Positions 19,750-29,818 are shown, numbered from the stretch's first letter. The stretch is DNA of 64,000 nucleotides from Oligoflexales bacterium (GCA_965215515.1 OZ244057.1:512001-576000); one strand, 5' to 3'. Notes: generated from the sequence alone by a model not told the origin. Made by a program: numbers and translations.

Positions 19750-20529
19750 GTGTTCAACCTTGACACTACCACCTTCCCTGCACTGCAAGACCACATGCTC
19801 GACGCACGCATCGTCGTGCCCGCCGCCCTCGCTTTGACGCGCTTGCGCAGCTACGCCGAAAGCGTTACCGCCTGTGCCCAACGACATCTAACAGCCTTTC
19901 AGGTGTTGCACGGTGTGACCTTCCCCTCCACCGCGACGGTGCAACTAACCCTGCGCAGCCAACAAAGCACCCCTGACACCTGCCGCGTCGGTCTGTACCA
20001 CAACCAGCGTGCCTGCTACCGCGCCCTGGCCATGCACAACACCACCCCGCCGTTACCGAGTAGTCGCTTGCCGCCGCAGTTACACCTGCACGATAGCGAC
20101 CTCAGCACCGTCTACCGCGAAATTTTATTTCACGGCCCGCGCTGGCAGCTGCTCACCGCCATCTCCGCACCGCATGCGCAGACGAGCAGTGCTGCATTCG
20201 TTATTCCCGCCACGCTGGAACGTGAAACCGCCATGATCGATGCCGCTCTGCAGTTAGCCATCGTCCACATTCACCGTCGCTACCGAAAAACCTTCAGTTT
20301 GCCCGCAGCCATCGGCAGTTACCGTCTCTTCAACCCCGCACCGCCATCCCAGGGCACTCTTACCGTGCGTGTCACCGCACGCCACAACGCCCACGTGCTG
20401 CTCGATGCCGATATTACCCACCATACCCGCTTGCTTGCCCGTCTCGATGCCATCGAGATGATTCAAGGACGACGGCGGGGTGTGTCACCTACTGTGCAGG
20501 AACAATGCGCCACCACCACACCCAAGTAG
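19750..20529 (+). CDS. PKS-type dehydratase (PS-DH) domain; the -1-frame continuation of the KS-ACP gene
   Basis: LQDHMLDARIVVP (HxxxGxxxxP-like), LFHGPRWQ, IDAALQL, SLP; frame is open back through the A10 tract at 19719-19728. Confidence 0.8.
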   Translation: MFNLDTTTFPALQDHMLDARIVVPAALALTRLRSYAESVTACAQRHLTAFQVLHGVTFPSTATVQLTLRSQQSTPDTCRVGLYHNQRACYRALAMHNTTPPLPSSRLPPQLHLHDSDLSTVYREILFHGPRWQLLTAISAPHAQTSSAAFVIPATLERETAMIDAALQLAIVHIHRRYRKTFSLPAAIGSYRLFNPAPPSQGTLTVRVTARHNAHVLLDADITHHTRLLARLDAIEMIQGRRRGVSPTVQEQCATTTPK

Positions 20530-23500
20530 CTGTCGTCGGAATGGGCGGGATCTTCCCTGCCTGCCGCAATCTTGACGATTTCTGGCAACTGTTGCAAGAT
20601 AGACGCACTACCGCACGCCCCCTCCCCCCTAACCGCAGCGGGAAACCACGCGCACAGCTGCATCATCCCCATCACCCCGCCCCCGATAAATTTATTTCAC
20701 CCTACGCTTGTTTGCTCGACGATAGCTTGCTAGCCAACACCCATGTACCAGAAAAATTCGGACGTGATCCCCTCGTTACCTTGACCCTCGCCGCCACCCA
20801 GCAGGCGCTCGACGATACCCGCTCGTGGCCACACAAAATCGACCGCCACACCACTAACGTCATCATCGGCCACGTCCTACTACCGACCGAACACAGTTCC
20901 AAACTCAGCGAACAATTCTATTTTCCTGACAAATACGTCCACAATCCGATCGATCCGTGTAACCGCTACGCAGCCGACTTACCCGCCATCGCTATTCAGC
21001 AACACTTCGCACTGCACGGTGACCGTTTTTGTCTCGATGCCGCCTGTGCTTCAACCTTGTACGCATTGAAGTTAGCCATGGACGACCTACTGGCCGTGCG
21101 TGCCTCGACCGTCATTTGCGGCGGCGTGTTGCGCGCTGACGGGCTCTACCCCCAGATGGGTTTTACCCAACTGCAAGCTCTCTCGCCACGCGGTCGTTGT
21201 CTGCCCTTTACGGCCGAAGCCGACGGGCTGCTTGTCGGCGAAGGTGCGGGTATCTTCGTGCTCAAACGCCTGCACGATGCCTTGGCTGAAGGCGATCGCA
21301 TACACGGCATCATCCGTGCCGTCGGGTTGAGCAACGATGTGCAGGGCAATATTCTCGCCCCCGACCGCCACGGCCAATTGCAGGCCATGCACAATGCCTA
21401 CCGTATAGGAGGAGTGTCCCCGTCTGAGATAGATTACATCGAATGTCATGCCACAGGTGCACCTCGTGGCGATACGGTGGAAATTGCTAGCCTGGCTGAA
21501 CTTTTCTGTTCCGAGCGCCGCGCAAAAGATGACCGTGCTCACATCCTCGGCACGGTCAAGGGCAATATCGGCCATCTCCTCACCGCCGCGGGGGCTGCGG
21601 GGTTGGCTAAAATTCTGCTCTCTCTACACCACAACTCCGTTCCTCCCAACATCGGTGCCCATAACCCTGCCTCCCAGCTCGTGGGCACACCCTTCATTTT
21701 CAGCGACCGCGCCCAACGCTGGGAGAGCGCAAAAAATAAACCGCGCTGTGCCGCACTCAGCGGATTCGGATTCGGTGGCATCAACGCTCATCTTATCGTG
21801 GAAGAATATCGCGACGAGCAGCGGCAACCCTCGCGGGCAAAGGCACAGTCCCTGACATCGCACCGCCTCGTGCGAGATACCTCTATCGCTGTTATCGGGA
21901 TCGCCGCACATTGCGGCGCGCTCACCGATGTAGCACAGCTGCAGGCAGAAATTTTTGCACCCCCCCCAATTACCGCATCCAAGCATATCGCTGCTAGTCA
22001 TGCTCCTCTCACCCGTTACCGTCTGCCACCCGCACAGATACAAGAAATGCTGCCGCAACAGCTGCTGATGCTCAACACCGCCTGTGCTGCTGCGGACATG
22101 GTGGGCAAAAACAAACTACCCGCGAGCACGGGCATCTATATCGGTCTCGGTCTCGATTGCCATACAGGGCATTTCTTCGTGCGTTGGCAACAGGGCGACG
22201 TGCGGTGGCCACCCTTGACTTATGGACGCACTCTCGGTGCGTTGGGGAGCATCGTTGCCAGCCGTATCGCTCGTGTGCTGGCTTGTAATGCCCCCGCTTT
22301 TACGGTGTCCAGCGATGCTAGCAGCGGCCTCAAGGCCTGCGCACTGGCCTGCGCCGCCTTGCACGCCCGAGAAATTACTACTGCCATCGTCGGTGCGGTT
22401 GACTTCGCTTGCCATCCTCTCAATATCTACGCCCGAGGTCCTAATCCGCATGGCTATGGTGATGCGGCTTGTGCCCTCGTACTCAAGCCTTTACCTGCTG
22501 CTCAGCGCGACCACGATCGGGTACTGGCTATCATCAGCACTACTGCTGACCACAAGTTCCGCACTATCGGCACAACTGACAGCATTGTCCGTCACCGCGG
22601 CGACTGTGGTTATGCGCATGGTTTACTCGAACTCACTTACGGCATTATGTGTGCGGCACGAGGCGAACATGTTCAGGTTAGGGTTCGAGATCGTGACGGC
22701 TATACGCGCCTTGTTCATTTACGACCACCGCCGCAACCGACGACCTTGCCGACATCGATCTCGGCAAAAAACACGGCACAGATTACCTTGACGACACCGA
22801 CTCTGACCGTCGCTGAGCGCACTAGCTACAGTTACCAACAGTGTTTGACCTTCGCCCGCGGCCGTGCTGCCGCGGTGCTGGGCGAGAAGTTCGCCGCCTA
22901 CGATCGTTACCCTGTGCGTGTCCGTCTGCCAGACGAGCCGCTGCTACTTTGTCACCGCATTTTGCATTGCGACGGGCAAGAACAGGCGAACGACATCGCG
23001 GCCGCCCGTGGTTATGTGCAAACGGCTCATGATGTGCGTGACGACGCGTGGTATCTCGATCACCATCACATTCCTTTGAGTATTGCGGTCGAAGCGGGTC
23101 AGGCGGATTTGTTTCTTTGTTCGCAGCTCGGTATTGATTTTCTCAATCGAGGTCAAGCTGTCTACCGTCTGCTCGATGCCGAGATTACCTGTGCCCAGCC
23201 TTTGCCATCGCCTCCTGCAACCATCATCTATGATATCAACATCGACCGTTTCTTTAAGTATGGCACGAGTTGGTTTTTTAATTTCCGTTTCACTGCCAAA
23301 GTCGATGGCGAGTTGCTTTTGGAGATGGCAAACGGCTGTGCGGGTTTTTTCACCGCCGCGCAGCTCGCCGCAGGTCGTGGTATTCCTAGGCTCGAGCGCA
23401 GGCAGCAAGCCCCCCCGCGGTTGTCCCCGACTGCCGCTTGGCCCTTGACTTGGTCGGGCAACGAGACCTACGACGCATCACAGCTTGCATTCTTGCGGGC

Positions 23501-25073
23501 GGGGCAGCTGGGAAAATGTTTCGGCAGTTCTTGCGAGGCTTTCAACAAAATCAGCAATCCCTGTCGTTTACCGCACGGACGCATGCAGCTTATCGACCGT
23601 ATTACTGCTTTGCAAGCCGAGGGGGGTGACTATGGCAATGGTCTTGTTGTCAGCGAACACGACATCGTGTCTGAGGCTTGGTATCTCACCTGTCACTTCG
23701 TCGATGATCGTGTCATGCCAGGCACATTGATGTATGAGTGTGCACTACAGACGTTGCGTGTCTACACCATGCGACGCGGTTGGGTCTGCGAGGCAGGGGA
23801 CTATCGTAGTGATGCTGTCGCGGGTGTTAAGACGACTCTCAAGTGTCGCGGTCAAGTTACTGACAGGCACAAAACGTTGCGTTGTGCTGTTCATCTCAAA
23901 ACCAGCGGCGGTAGTCCTGCGCCTTTCTGTATTGCCGATGCCTATCTTTATGTCGATGGCATGTGTGCTGTCAGTTTCACCGACATGTCGTTACAGCTTA
24001 CTGATTTCCCTCTGTCTTCTCGTGCCACCGCCGAAGTTTTTTGTCGTAACGAGCAAATTCTACAGTTTGCGGAGGGCGATCCTACCCGCTGTTTTGGGGA
24101 GCGTTATGCGGTGTTCAGGCACAAACGCAAGGTGGCGCGGTTACCGCGTCCGCCTTACAAGTTTCTCGATCGTATCGTCACCGCTAGTCCGCAACCTGCT
24201 GAGTTTACTGCCGATGCTAGCTGTACGGCTGAGTATGATTTGTCTCCTGAGCTCGCTTACCTCACGGCTCAGGGACAGCTACCGTTTTGTCTGTTGCTGG
24301 AAATAGGTTTGCAGCCTTGTGGTTGGCTAGCCGCCTATATCGGTTGTGCGTTGCAGTCGGAACAAGATCTGTCCTTCCGCAATCTCGATGGGCGAGGCAC
24401 GCAACATCAGTTTGTCTCTCGTGGTGCGGGCACGCTTACTACCGAGGTTCGCCTGACTAGGCTGGTACAGGCGATGGGTATGATTCTCTGTAATTTCTCC
24501 TTAGCTGTCAGTGCTGCCGCACAAAAAGTTTACACTGCCACTACGGGTTTCGGTTTTTTTACGCCTGCGGCTCTCGCGGCGCAGACGGGAATCGGGGGGG
24601 TGCGGCTTAGCCAGTTACCGCCACAAAAAAAGTTTCCTTATCCTCTTGATTTGGTGGATAATGGGCTAAGGATGATAGACACGCTTGATTTTTTCGACCC
24701 GTGCGGGGGGGTGCGGCGGCTGGGTTTGGTGCGAGGGCATAAGCTTGTCGATGCGCGAGCTTGGTTTTTTCGGGCGCATTTTTATCAAGATCCAGTTGTG
24801 CCTGGTTCGCTGGGGCTTGAGTCGTTGTTGCAGTTGTATGTGTTGTTGGCGCGGGAGCATTGGGGCACGAGCAGCGTGATGGCTTTGGGGTATCCGCATC
24901 TCTGGAGTTACCGTGGCCAGGTTGTGCCTACTCAGACGTGCATGACGACACAACTCGAAGTTACTGCCGTTGACCAGCAACGCCGTATCATGCGAGGTGA
25001 TGGTCTGTTTGCGGTTGATGGTTTGGTTATCTACCGCATGACTGATTTTGCCGTTGAGGCGGCTGATGCTTGA
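20505..25073 (+). CDS. PfaC-like subunit: KS, reduced chain-length factor and FabA-type DH domains
   Basis: KS DAACASTL, ECHATG, GNIGHLLTAAG, GFGFGGINAH; second KS-like domain lacks the catalytic Cys; hotdog motifs EAGQADLFL, CHFVDDRVMPGTLMYE, LEIGLQPCG, AHFYQDPVVPGSLGLE. Confidence 0.9.
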   Translation: MRHHHTQVAVVGMGGIFPACRNLDDFWQLLQDRRTTARPLPPNRSGKPRAQLHHPHHPAPDKFISPYACLLDDSLLANTHVPEKFGRDPLVTLTLAATQQALDDTRSWPHKIDRHTTNVIIGHVLLPTEHSSKLSEQFYFPDKYVHNPIDPCNRYAADLPAIAIQQHFALHGDRFCLDAACASTLYALKLAMDDLLAVRASTVICGGVLRADGLYPQMGFTQLQALSPRGRCLPFTAEADGLLVGEGAGIFVLKRLHDALAEGDRIHGIIRAVGLSNDVQGNILAPDRHGQLQAMHNAYRIGGVSPSEIDYIECHATGAPRGDTVEIASLAELFCSERRAKDDRAHILGTVKGNIGHLLTAAGAAGLAKILLSLHHNSVPPNIGAHNPASQLVGTPFIFSDRAQRWESAKNKPRCAALSGFGFGGINAHLIVEEYRDEQRQPSRAKAQSLTSHRLVRDTSIAVIGIAAHCGALTDVAQLQAEIFAPPPITASKHIAASHAPLTRYRLPPAQIQEMLPQQLLMLNTACAAADMVGKNKLPASTGIYIGLGLDCHTGHFFVRWQQGDVRWPPLTYGRTLGALGSIVASRIARVLACNAPAFTVSSDASSGLKACALACAALHAREITTAIVGAVDFACHPLNIYARGPNPHGYGDAACALVLKPLPAAQRDHDRVLAIISTTADHKFRTIGTTDSIVRHRGDCGYAHGLLELTYGIMCAARGEHVQVRVRDRDGYTRLVHLRPPPQPTTLPTSISAKNTAQITLTTPTLTVAERTSYSYQQCLTFARGRAAAVLGEKFAAYDRYPVRVRLPDEPLLLCHRILHCDGQEQANDIAAARGYVQTAHDVRDDAWYLDHHHIPLSIAVEAGQADLFLCSQLGIDFLNRGQAVYRLLDAEITCAQPLPSPPATIIYDINIDRFFKYGTSWFFNFRFTAKVDGELLLEMANGCAGFFTAAQLAAGRGIPRLERRQQAPPRLSPTAAWPLTWSGNETYDASQLAFLRAGQLGKCFGSSCEAFNKISNPCRLPHGRMQLIDRITALQAEGGDYGNGLVVSEHDIVSEAWYLTCHFVDDRVMPGTLMYECALQTLRVYTMRRGWVCEAGDYRSDAVAGVKTTLKCRGQVTDRHKTLRCAVHLKTSGGSPAPFCIADAYLYVDGMCAVSFTDMSLQLTDFPLSSRATAEVFCRNEQILQFAEGDPTRCFGERYAVFRHKRKVARLPRPPYKFLDRIVTASPQPAEFTADASCTAEYDLSPELAYLTAQGQLPFCLLLEIGLQPCGWLAAYIGCALQSEQDLSFRNLDGRGTQHQFVSRGAGTLTTEVRLTRLVQAMGMILCNFSLAVSAAAQKVYTATTGFGFFTPAALAAQTGIGGVRLSQLPPQKKFPYPLDLVDNGLRMIDTLDFFDPCGGVRRLGLVRGHKLVDARAWFFRAHFYQDPVVPGSLGLESLLQLYVLLAREHWGTSSVMALGYPHLWSYRGQVVPTQTCMTTQLEVTAVDQQRRIMRGDGLFAVDGLVIYRMTDFAVEAADA

Positions 25074-27288
25074 TGCAAGTGTCAGCGAGTGGTGGGGAAA
25101 GTTAAAAAGTTTCGCTGCCGAGGATGATGACGACCTCAGTCGGTTGTTAGTTTGGGTTGTGCTTGCCGCAATCTTTTTCATCTACTGGTATGTTGGGCTG
25201 CGGTATTTCATTTTTGCGGGCGCGGCTTATGGCGCGGACAACTCCTCTCATCTTGCCGAGATAATAAAAGTTGCCGCGGCGATGCGTGAAGGGCGCTTCG
25301 ATGCTTTTTGGTTTTCGCAAGTAAATCTCGGTTATCCTCTTTTTCAGAACTACAATGTGTTGCCTTATCTTTTGATGGGGGCGTTGGTTGCGGTGACGCA
25401 GACTTTTTGGCAACCGATGCATGTCTATAACACTTCTGTAATTTTTTTGCATGCGCTTGTCCCTTTGTGTTGGTATGTCAGTGCCCGTCTGATGCGTTTG
25501 CCGCGCTTGATCTCGCTGTGTTTTGCGCTGTTCTCCGTGTTCATGAGGGAGTACACGATGTTTGGGCCTCATGCAGGTACGACGATGGGGATGGGGCTTT
25601 ACACCCAGCTGTGGGCGTTACCGTTGTTGCCGTCGGTGCTTGCCTGCTACTATCGTTTTTTGGTGTTAGCGACACGCGATGGTATGCTAGCCACTATTGT
25701 TATGCACAGTCTACTGTGTTCCATCCATAATCTGTTTGGTTTTTTCGCGGGTATCGGTGGGTTATGGTTTTTTATTTTGTGTCGTAAAGGCTGGAGGAGG
25801 TATCTTTGCAGTCAAGTGGTTATTATTTCGCTATTTTCTTATTGGATTGTGGCATGGTTCGGTAACAGTATTTATCTGATAAAGATTCATCTCATCGATC
25901 ATCCTATTTACAGTGATGGTTTTGTCCTTACCGTCAAGTACTTGGTCGAGGGTTATTTATTTGATGATGAGCGTTCGTTTCCTTTGCTTACTTTACTGGT
26001 GGGCGTAGGTATGTTGGTAACTTTGCGCACGCAGACGGTGTTGCGTGCGTGGGCGGTGTATTTTTTTCTTTGCGGCATTGCTATGTGGTTGTATGCGCCA
26101 GGTGATAGTTTGCTTGCTCGTGTCATTCCTTTTTTTCAAGAAATACCTTATCGTCGTTATGCTACTATCATACAGGTAGGTGGGGCGTTGCTCGGTGCGT
26201 GGGGGGCGGGTTATTTGTTGTCGAAGGCTGCGCGTGTGTTTTCTCTTGTGCTTAATATTTCTGCTACGACGATTATGCGTGATTTGGCGGTCATTACGGC
26301 TGTTTTGTTATCTGTGCAACATCTTAATTTAGCGCGTCAGACATTTCGCAGTATGTTTATCGATGTAGATTTTGTTGCCGCGGCGAAATTTTTGCAACGC
26401 GAGCCGCACGCTCGTTTCCTTGTCCATGATAAATTCGGGACGGGCAGTCATTTTTTTAGAAACCTCATGCCGTTGCTTGCCGATCGTGCGCAACTTACCA
26501 CTTATGCTCGTGGTATTCGTGATTCGTTATCGTCTTATTACACCACGAGGTTTGATTTTGCGCCTTTATCTGCCGAACTGTTCAATGTGCGTTATCTGAT
26601 CAGTAACGGCAGACAGATACCGCTTTACCTGCGGGATGGTTTTGCTTTACGCCAGCAGTTTGGGCGTATCCGTGTTTATGTTGTTGATCGTGCTTATGGT
26701 TATTTTGATGTGGTGCAGAGTACTTTTGCCGTCGCTGCTTATACTAGTGAGACGGCGGTAGAATACCTTCGTCGTTACACACGGCGTTTTTATCGTCACG
26801 GGGTATTGCCGCGTTTGGTGCACGAGCCGCCTGAGGATATGCCTTATGTTAGTTTTGAGGGGGGCGAGTCGCGTTATTATTTGCAGGCTGGCGGTGTTGC
26901 GGTTGAGGGCAAGCGGTTCATGGCTGAGCTGCTCAAAAAAGGTATGCCGCGTTATCCTGGTCAGCGTATTCAGGAGAAGGTCAGCGATCATGTTTATCGG
27001 GCGACGTTGAGTCTTGACACATCTGCGTATTTGTTGCTCAAGGTTTCTTATCATCATGGCTGGCATGCGACTGTCAATGGCGAGTCGACTACTGTGTATG
27101 CTGTTGCTCCTAATCTGATGGCGGTGTCGTTGCCTGCGGGGCAGCATACGGTTGTTTTTAGTTACCGCGCTGATTTACTCCCGCGGGTGTTGTTTTTGCT
27201 GTGTGTGTTAGCCTGGTTGGTCTTGTTGGGGTGGTTGTTGTTTATGTTGCGGCGTGGTGTTGGTGTTAGGTTGGGTAGAGACAACTAG
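25066..27288 (+). CDS. Polytopic membrane protein, PTPS-related/YfhO-like (GT-C-fold glycosyltransferase candidate)
   Basis: DNSSHL, WFSQVNLGYPLFQNY, many TM helices, YfhO-type tail LLKVSYHHGWHATVNG...LMAVSLPAGQHTVVFSY; ATG 25066 overlaps the pfaC-like stop. Confidence 0.75.
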   Translation: MLDASVSEWWGKLKSFAAEDDDDLSRLLVWVVLAAIFFIYWYVGLRYFIFAGAAYGADNSSHLAEIIKVAAAMREGRFDAFWFSQVNLGYPLFQNYNVLPYLLMGALVAVTQTFWQPMHVYNTSVIFLHALVPLCWYVSARLMRLPRLISLCFALFSVFMREYTMFGPHAGTTMGMGLYTQLWALPLLPSVLACYYRFLVLATRDGMLATIVMHSLLCSIHNLFGFFAGIGGLWFFILCRKGWRRYLCSQVVIISLFSYWIVAWFGNSIYLIKIHLIDHPIYSDGFVLTVKYLVEGYLFDDERSFPLLTLLVGVGMLVTLRTQTVLRAWAVYFFLCGIAMWLYAPGDSLLARVIPFFQEIPYRRYATIIQVGGALLGAWGAGYLLSKAARVFSLVLNISATTIMRDLAVITAVLLSVQHLNLARQTFRSMFIDVDFVAAAKFLQREPHARFLVHDKFGTGSHFFRNLMPLLADRAQLTTYARGIRDSLSSYYTTRFDFAPLSAELFNVRYLISNGRQIPLYLRDGFALRQQFGRIRVYVVDRAYGYFDVVQSTFAVAAYTSETAVEYLRRYTRRFYRHGVLPRLVHEPPEDMPYVSFEGGESRYYLQAGGVAVEGKRFMAELLKKGMPRYPGQRIQEKVSDHVYRATLSLDTSAYLLLKVSYHHGWHATVNGESTTVYAVAPNLMAVSLPAGQHTVVFSYRADLLPRVLFLLCVLAWLVLLGWLLFMLRRGVGVRLGRDN

Positions 27289-29010
27289 GGTACTGTTGAG
27301 CCATGAGAGCAGTACCTCGATATGGTATTTCTGTAGAATCATCCGTGCTTGGGTAAGGTGAAAATTTTTGCTTGGTTCGTGTTTATTGGTGTTGTTGTGG
27401 GTTGTGCTGATGGTAACGAACAGTTGTTTGTTTTTGAGGGTGGTGTGGCTGATGATTTCGGTTGCTGTCGGCGTTTCGGGGAGAAAGACTTTGTACAGGT
27501 GGTAGAAGGCGGCCGCGAGTGTGGTGGGGGCTGCCTGTAGACGATAATCGGCATCGAAACGGTTGATAAATGTTATCCGTTGCGGTGTGTTTATTTTGGT
27601 GGTCAGTTCTTGTGCTTGGCACAGTACTGAGGTGAATTTTATTGTTAGTACTGTTGCGTGGCGGGCGAGTATCTTGCTCCAAAACTGCAGGGGGATGAGG
27701 ATGTTGCGTGTTTGGCTGCTCAGTTGGCGGGTAAAGCTCAGTGTGTTGCTCAAGGAGAGGTAGGTTTCTTCTGTTAGTGCTGCCAGGTGGCGCATGTCTT
27801 TCTCTAGTTGTAGCAAAAAATTTTCTTGCTCGGCGTTGTAGTAAGCGCCGAGAAAATCGGCCACATGTCTTTGTTTAAATTCTTGTTGCCATTTGCGGCT
27901 CAACTGTAGCAATGGTTTCAGTTGTTGGCGGTGGACGGCGAAGATCGCGGCACGCAAGTCCTGTGCGTTGTCTCTTATGGCGATGTTGTTAGTTACGAAG
28001 TGGGCGCTGCATTGTGCGGCTTGTTCGACTACTGAGCGTGCGAGTGTTTGTTGTGTCAGTGTGTGGCGCAAGTGTTGGTTTTCTTTGTGAGCACGTGCTA
28101 GCAGTTTGTTCTTGACGGCAATTTGTTTTTTGGTGCTGCTGAGGTGGTGTAGTTGTGCCTGCAGTGTTCTGCTGAAGTTGAGGAGGGTGTGTTGCACGAG
28201 TGTGTTTTGGGCTTTGCTTTGTGGCTGTTCACTGGCGGTGGGTTGTTCGCTCCAGGTAGCGAGGTGTTGCAGGTCACTGCGCAGTGCGTGTGTGCGGCGG
28301 CGGGCGAGGAGGTAGAGCGTGGCGCACAGTACGGTCAGAGTTATATATAGCAGTGTCTGTAGCCAGAGCAGCAGGTGTTGGTAGTGTGGTGCGTGTTCGA
28401 ACAGGTGGTTGAGGTAGGTTTGGGTGTAGACAAAGCGTGCAGGTGTATCGTCTGTATTGTGCGGTAGCAGACGGGTAGCTGGTAGGTTTGCGCGCAGGGT
28501 TGCTAGTGGTAGTTGTTGGGCGAGCCATTTTTCGTGCAGCGGCAGGGTGAGCAGTATTGCCCCTGCTGTTCGGGGGAAGGCGTGCAGGTGTGCGAGTTGC
28601 GGTGGCTCGGAGGTGGTGAAGGTGATTGCTTGTCCGCGGCGCAGGGTGTGGCACAACTTTTGTGTGTGTGCAGGTGGGTGAGGCGCACCGTAGAGGAGTG
28701 TGCATTTTTTACCGAAGATGGCGACTTGTCCATATTCTGTGTGTGCGGTGGCTGTGTTAATGCTCTGTTGGGCGGAGTGGGTTAGTTGCCAGGCGATGTG
28801 TTTGTAGAGACTTTTATCGTTTGCCAGTTTAGTGCCTGCTTCCTGCAAGGCGTGTTGTGCGTGTTGCAGTGTGTGCTGTAGTTCTGTTTGCAAACGCTTA
28901 CTTTGCCAATAGTGTGTGTGCAGGCGGTCGCGGGCCTGGCCGACAAGTGCGAGCAACCCCAGCAGGACGAACAGCAGGCAGAAACCACCCAGCTGGTGTT
29001 GCATGTGCAC
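27208..29010 (-). CDS. Hypothetical membrane protein with degenerate sensor-kinase-like layout
   Basis: Two TM segments flank a periplasmic region, then coiled coils and a C-terminal region only faintly resembling HATPase (FHLTQARMILQKYHIEV); very Q/H/T-rich. Confidence 0.55.
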   Translation of the reverse strand: MHMQHQLGGFCLLFVLLGLLALVGQARDRLHTHYWQSKRLQTELQHTLQHAQHALQEAGTKLANDKSLYKHIAWQLTHSAQQSINTATAHTEYGQVAIFGKKCTLLYGAPHPPAHTQKLCHTLRRGQAITFTTSEPPQLAHLHAFPRTAGAILLTLPLHEKWLAQQLPLATLRANLPATRLLPHNTDDTPARFVYTQTYLNHLFEHAPHYQHLLLWLQTLLYITLTVLCATLYLLARRRTHALRSDLQHLATWSEQPTASEQPQSKAQNTLVQHTLLNFSRTLQAQLHHLSSTKKQIAVKNKLLARAHKENQHLRHTLTQQTLARSVVEQAAQCSAHFVTNNIAIRDNAQDLRAAIFAVHRQQLKPLLQLSRKWQQEFKQRHVADFLGAYYNAEQENFLLQLEKDMRHLAALTEETYLSLSNTLSFTRQLSSQTRNILIPLQFWSKILARHATVLTIKFTSVLCQAQELTTKINTPQRITFINRFDADYRLQAAPTTLAAAFYHLYKVFLPETPTATEIISHTTLKNKQLFVTISTTHNNTNKHEPSKNFHLTQARMILQKYHIEVLLSWLNSTLVVSTQPNTNTTPQHKQQPPQQDQPG

Positions 29011-29164
29011 TCCAGTTCTGTGGCGTGATGACTATGATTATATCATATCCGCAAGAGCTATGATGCCAGCACTATCCCGATTCCATGCATCCACGACCAG
29101 GCAAAGGGTGTTTCTATTTATTTATTTAATACTATCATAAAGTTACAATTTTTATGTTTTTATG

Positions 29165-29182
29165 CTTGACTAAACGGTCAAG
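29165..29182. promoter_or_regulatory. Palindrome in an AT-rich divergent promoter region, possible operator
   Basis: CTTGAC-TAAACG-GTCAAG overlapping a TTGACT -35-like hexamer. Confidence 0.35.
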
Positions 29183-29220
29183 TTTTTAATATCAAAGAGA
29201 CGTATTGTTAACCTTCTTTA

Positions 29221-29757
29221 GTGAGGTGTGTTATGAGGATCTTTTTTTCAACATCGGTGATGGCCTGTCTTCTGCTGCCGAGCGTGGTGCAGGCTAAAAG
29301 TGCGAAGGAAGACTCGGTGTTTTCGCTCACTGCGGTCGCGGGGGCCGAGGGCGGTTATTGCGTGCTCAAGACCGACACGAGCAGTGGTGAGGTCAAACTG
29401 CTCACACAGTCAGGGGCATTGAGCAAAGAACAGTTGGGGCAGGCACTTTTAAGAAGCAGTGCCTGGACTAGAATCCTGGTCTTTGCGGGGCCAGATGCTC
29501 TCTTGCCCTATTTCTACCGCAAGATGGTGGTGAAGACCATTACTGAAGGGGATGGAATCAATGCACACAGTTATGGGACTTTTGCGAAACGACAAGCGCT
29601 GGCAATGGTAAATCCTCCGATCGTGGGACCGATTCGCTTCTTAAAAGATGCTATGACGAGAAAAGAAAGCACAGTCAGGGAGGGCAACCTGATTGTAGAA
29701 CGCGTGCTCGGACAGGCTCAAGAACCTGCCTACCCAGGTGGTTGCGACCACATCTGA
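29221..29757 (+). CDS. Hypothetical secreted protein
   Basis: Signal peptide MRIFFSTSVMACLLLPSVVQA after GAGGTG; followed by a hairpin. Confidence 0.7.
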   Translation: MRCVMRIFFSTSVMACLLLPSVVQAKSAKEDSVFSLTAVAGAEGGYCVLKTDTSSGEVKLLTQSGALSKEQLGQALLRSSAWTRILVFAGPDALLPYFYRKMVVKTITEGDGINAHSYGTFAKRQALAMVNPPIVGPIRFLKDAMTRKESTVREGNLIVERVLGQAQEPAYPGGCDHI

Positions 29758-29773
29758 TCTGACCCGCCCCCGC

Positions 29774-29818
29774 AGGGAAGAGGTGCACGGCCTCTTCCCT
29801 CCCCCCTGTTTTTGTTTT
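29774..29818 (+). terminator. Probable intrinsic terminator
   Basis: AGGGAAGAGG / CCTCTTCCCT 10-bp perfect stem, 7-nt loop, T-rich tract shortly downstream. Confidence 0.6.

Noticed and set aside
22000..24500. Replication origin at the C-to-G skew switch
   Set aside because: Falls inside a CDS, no dnaA or DnaA-box cluster seen, and other switches occur nearby
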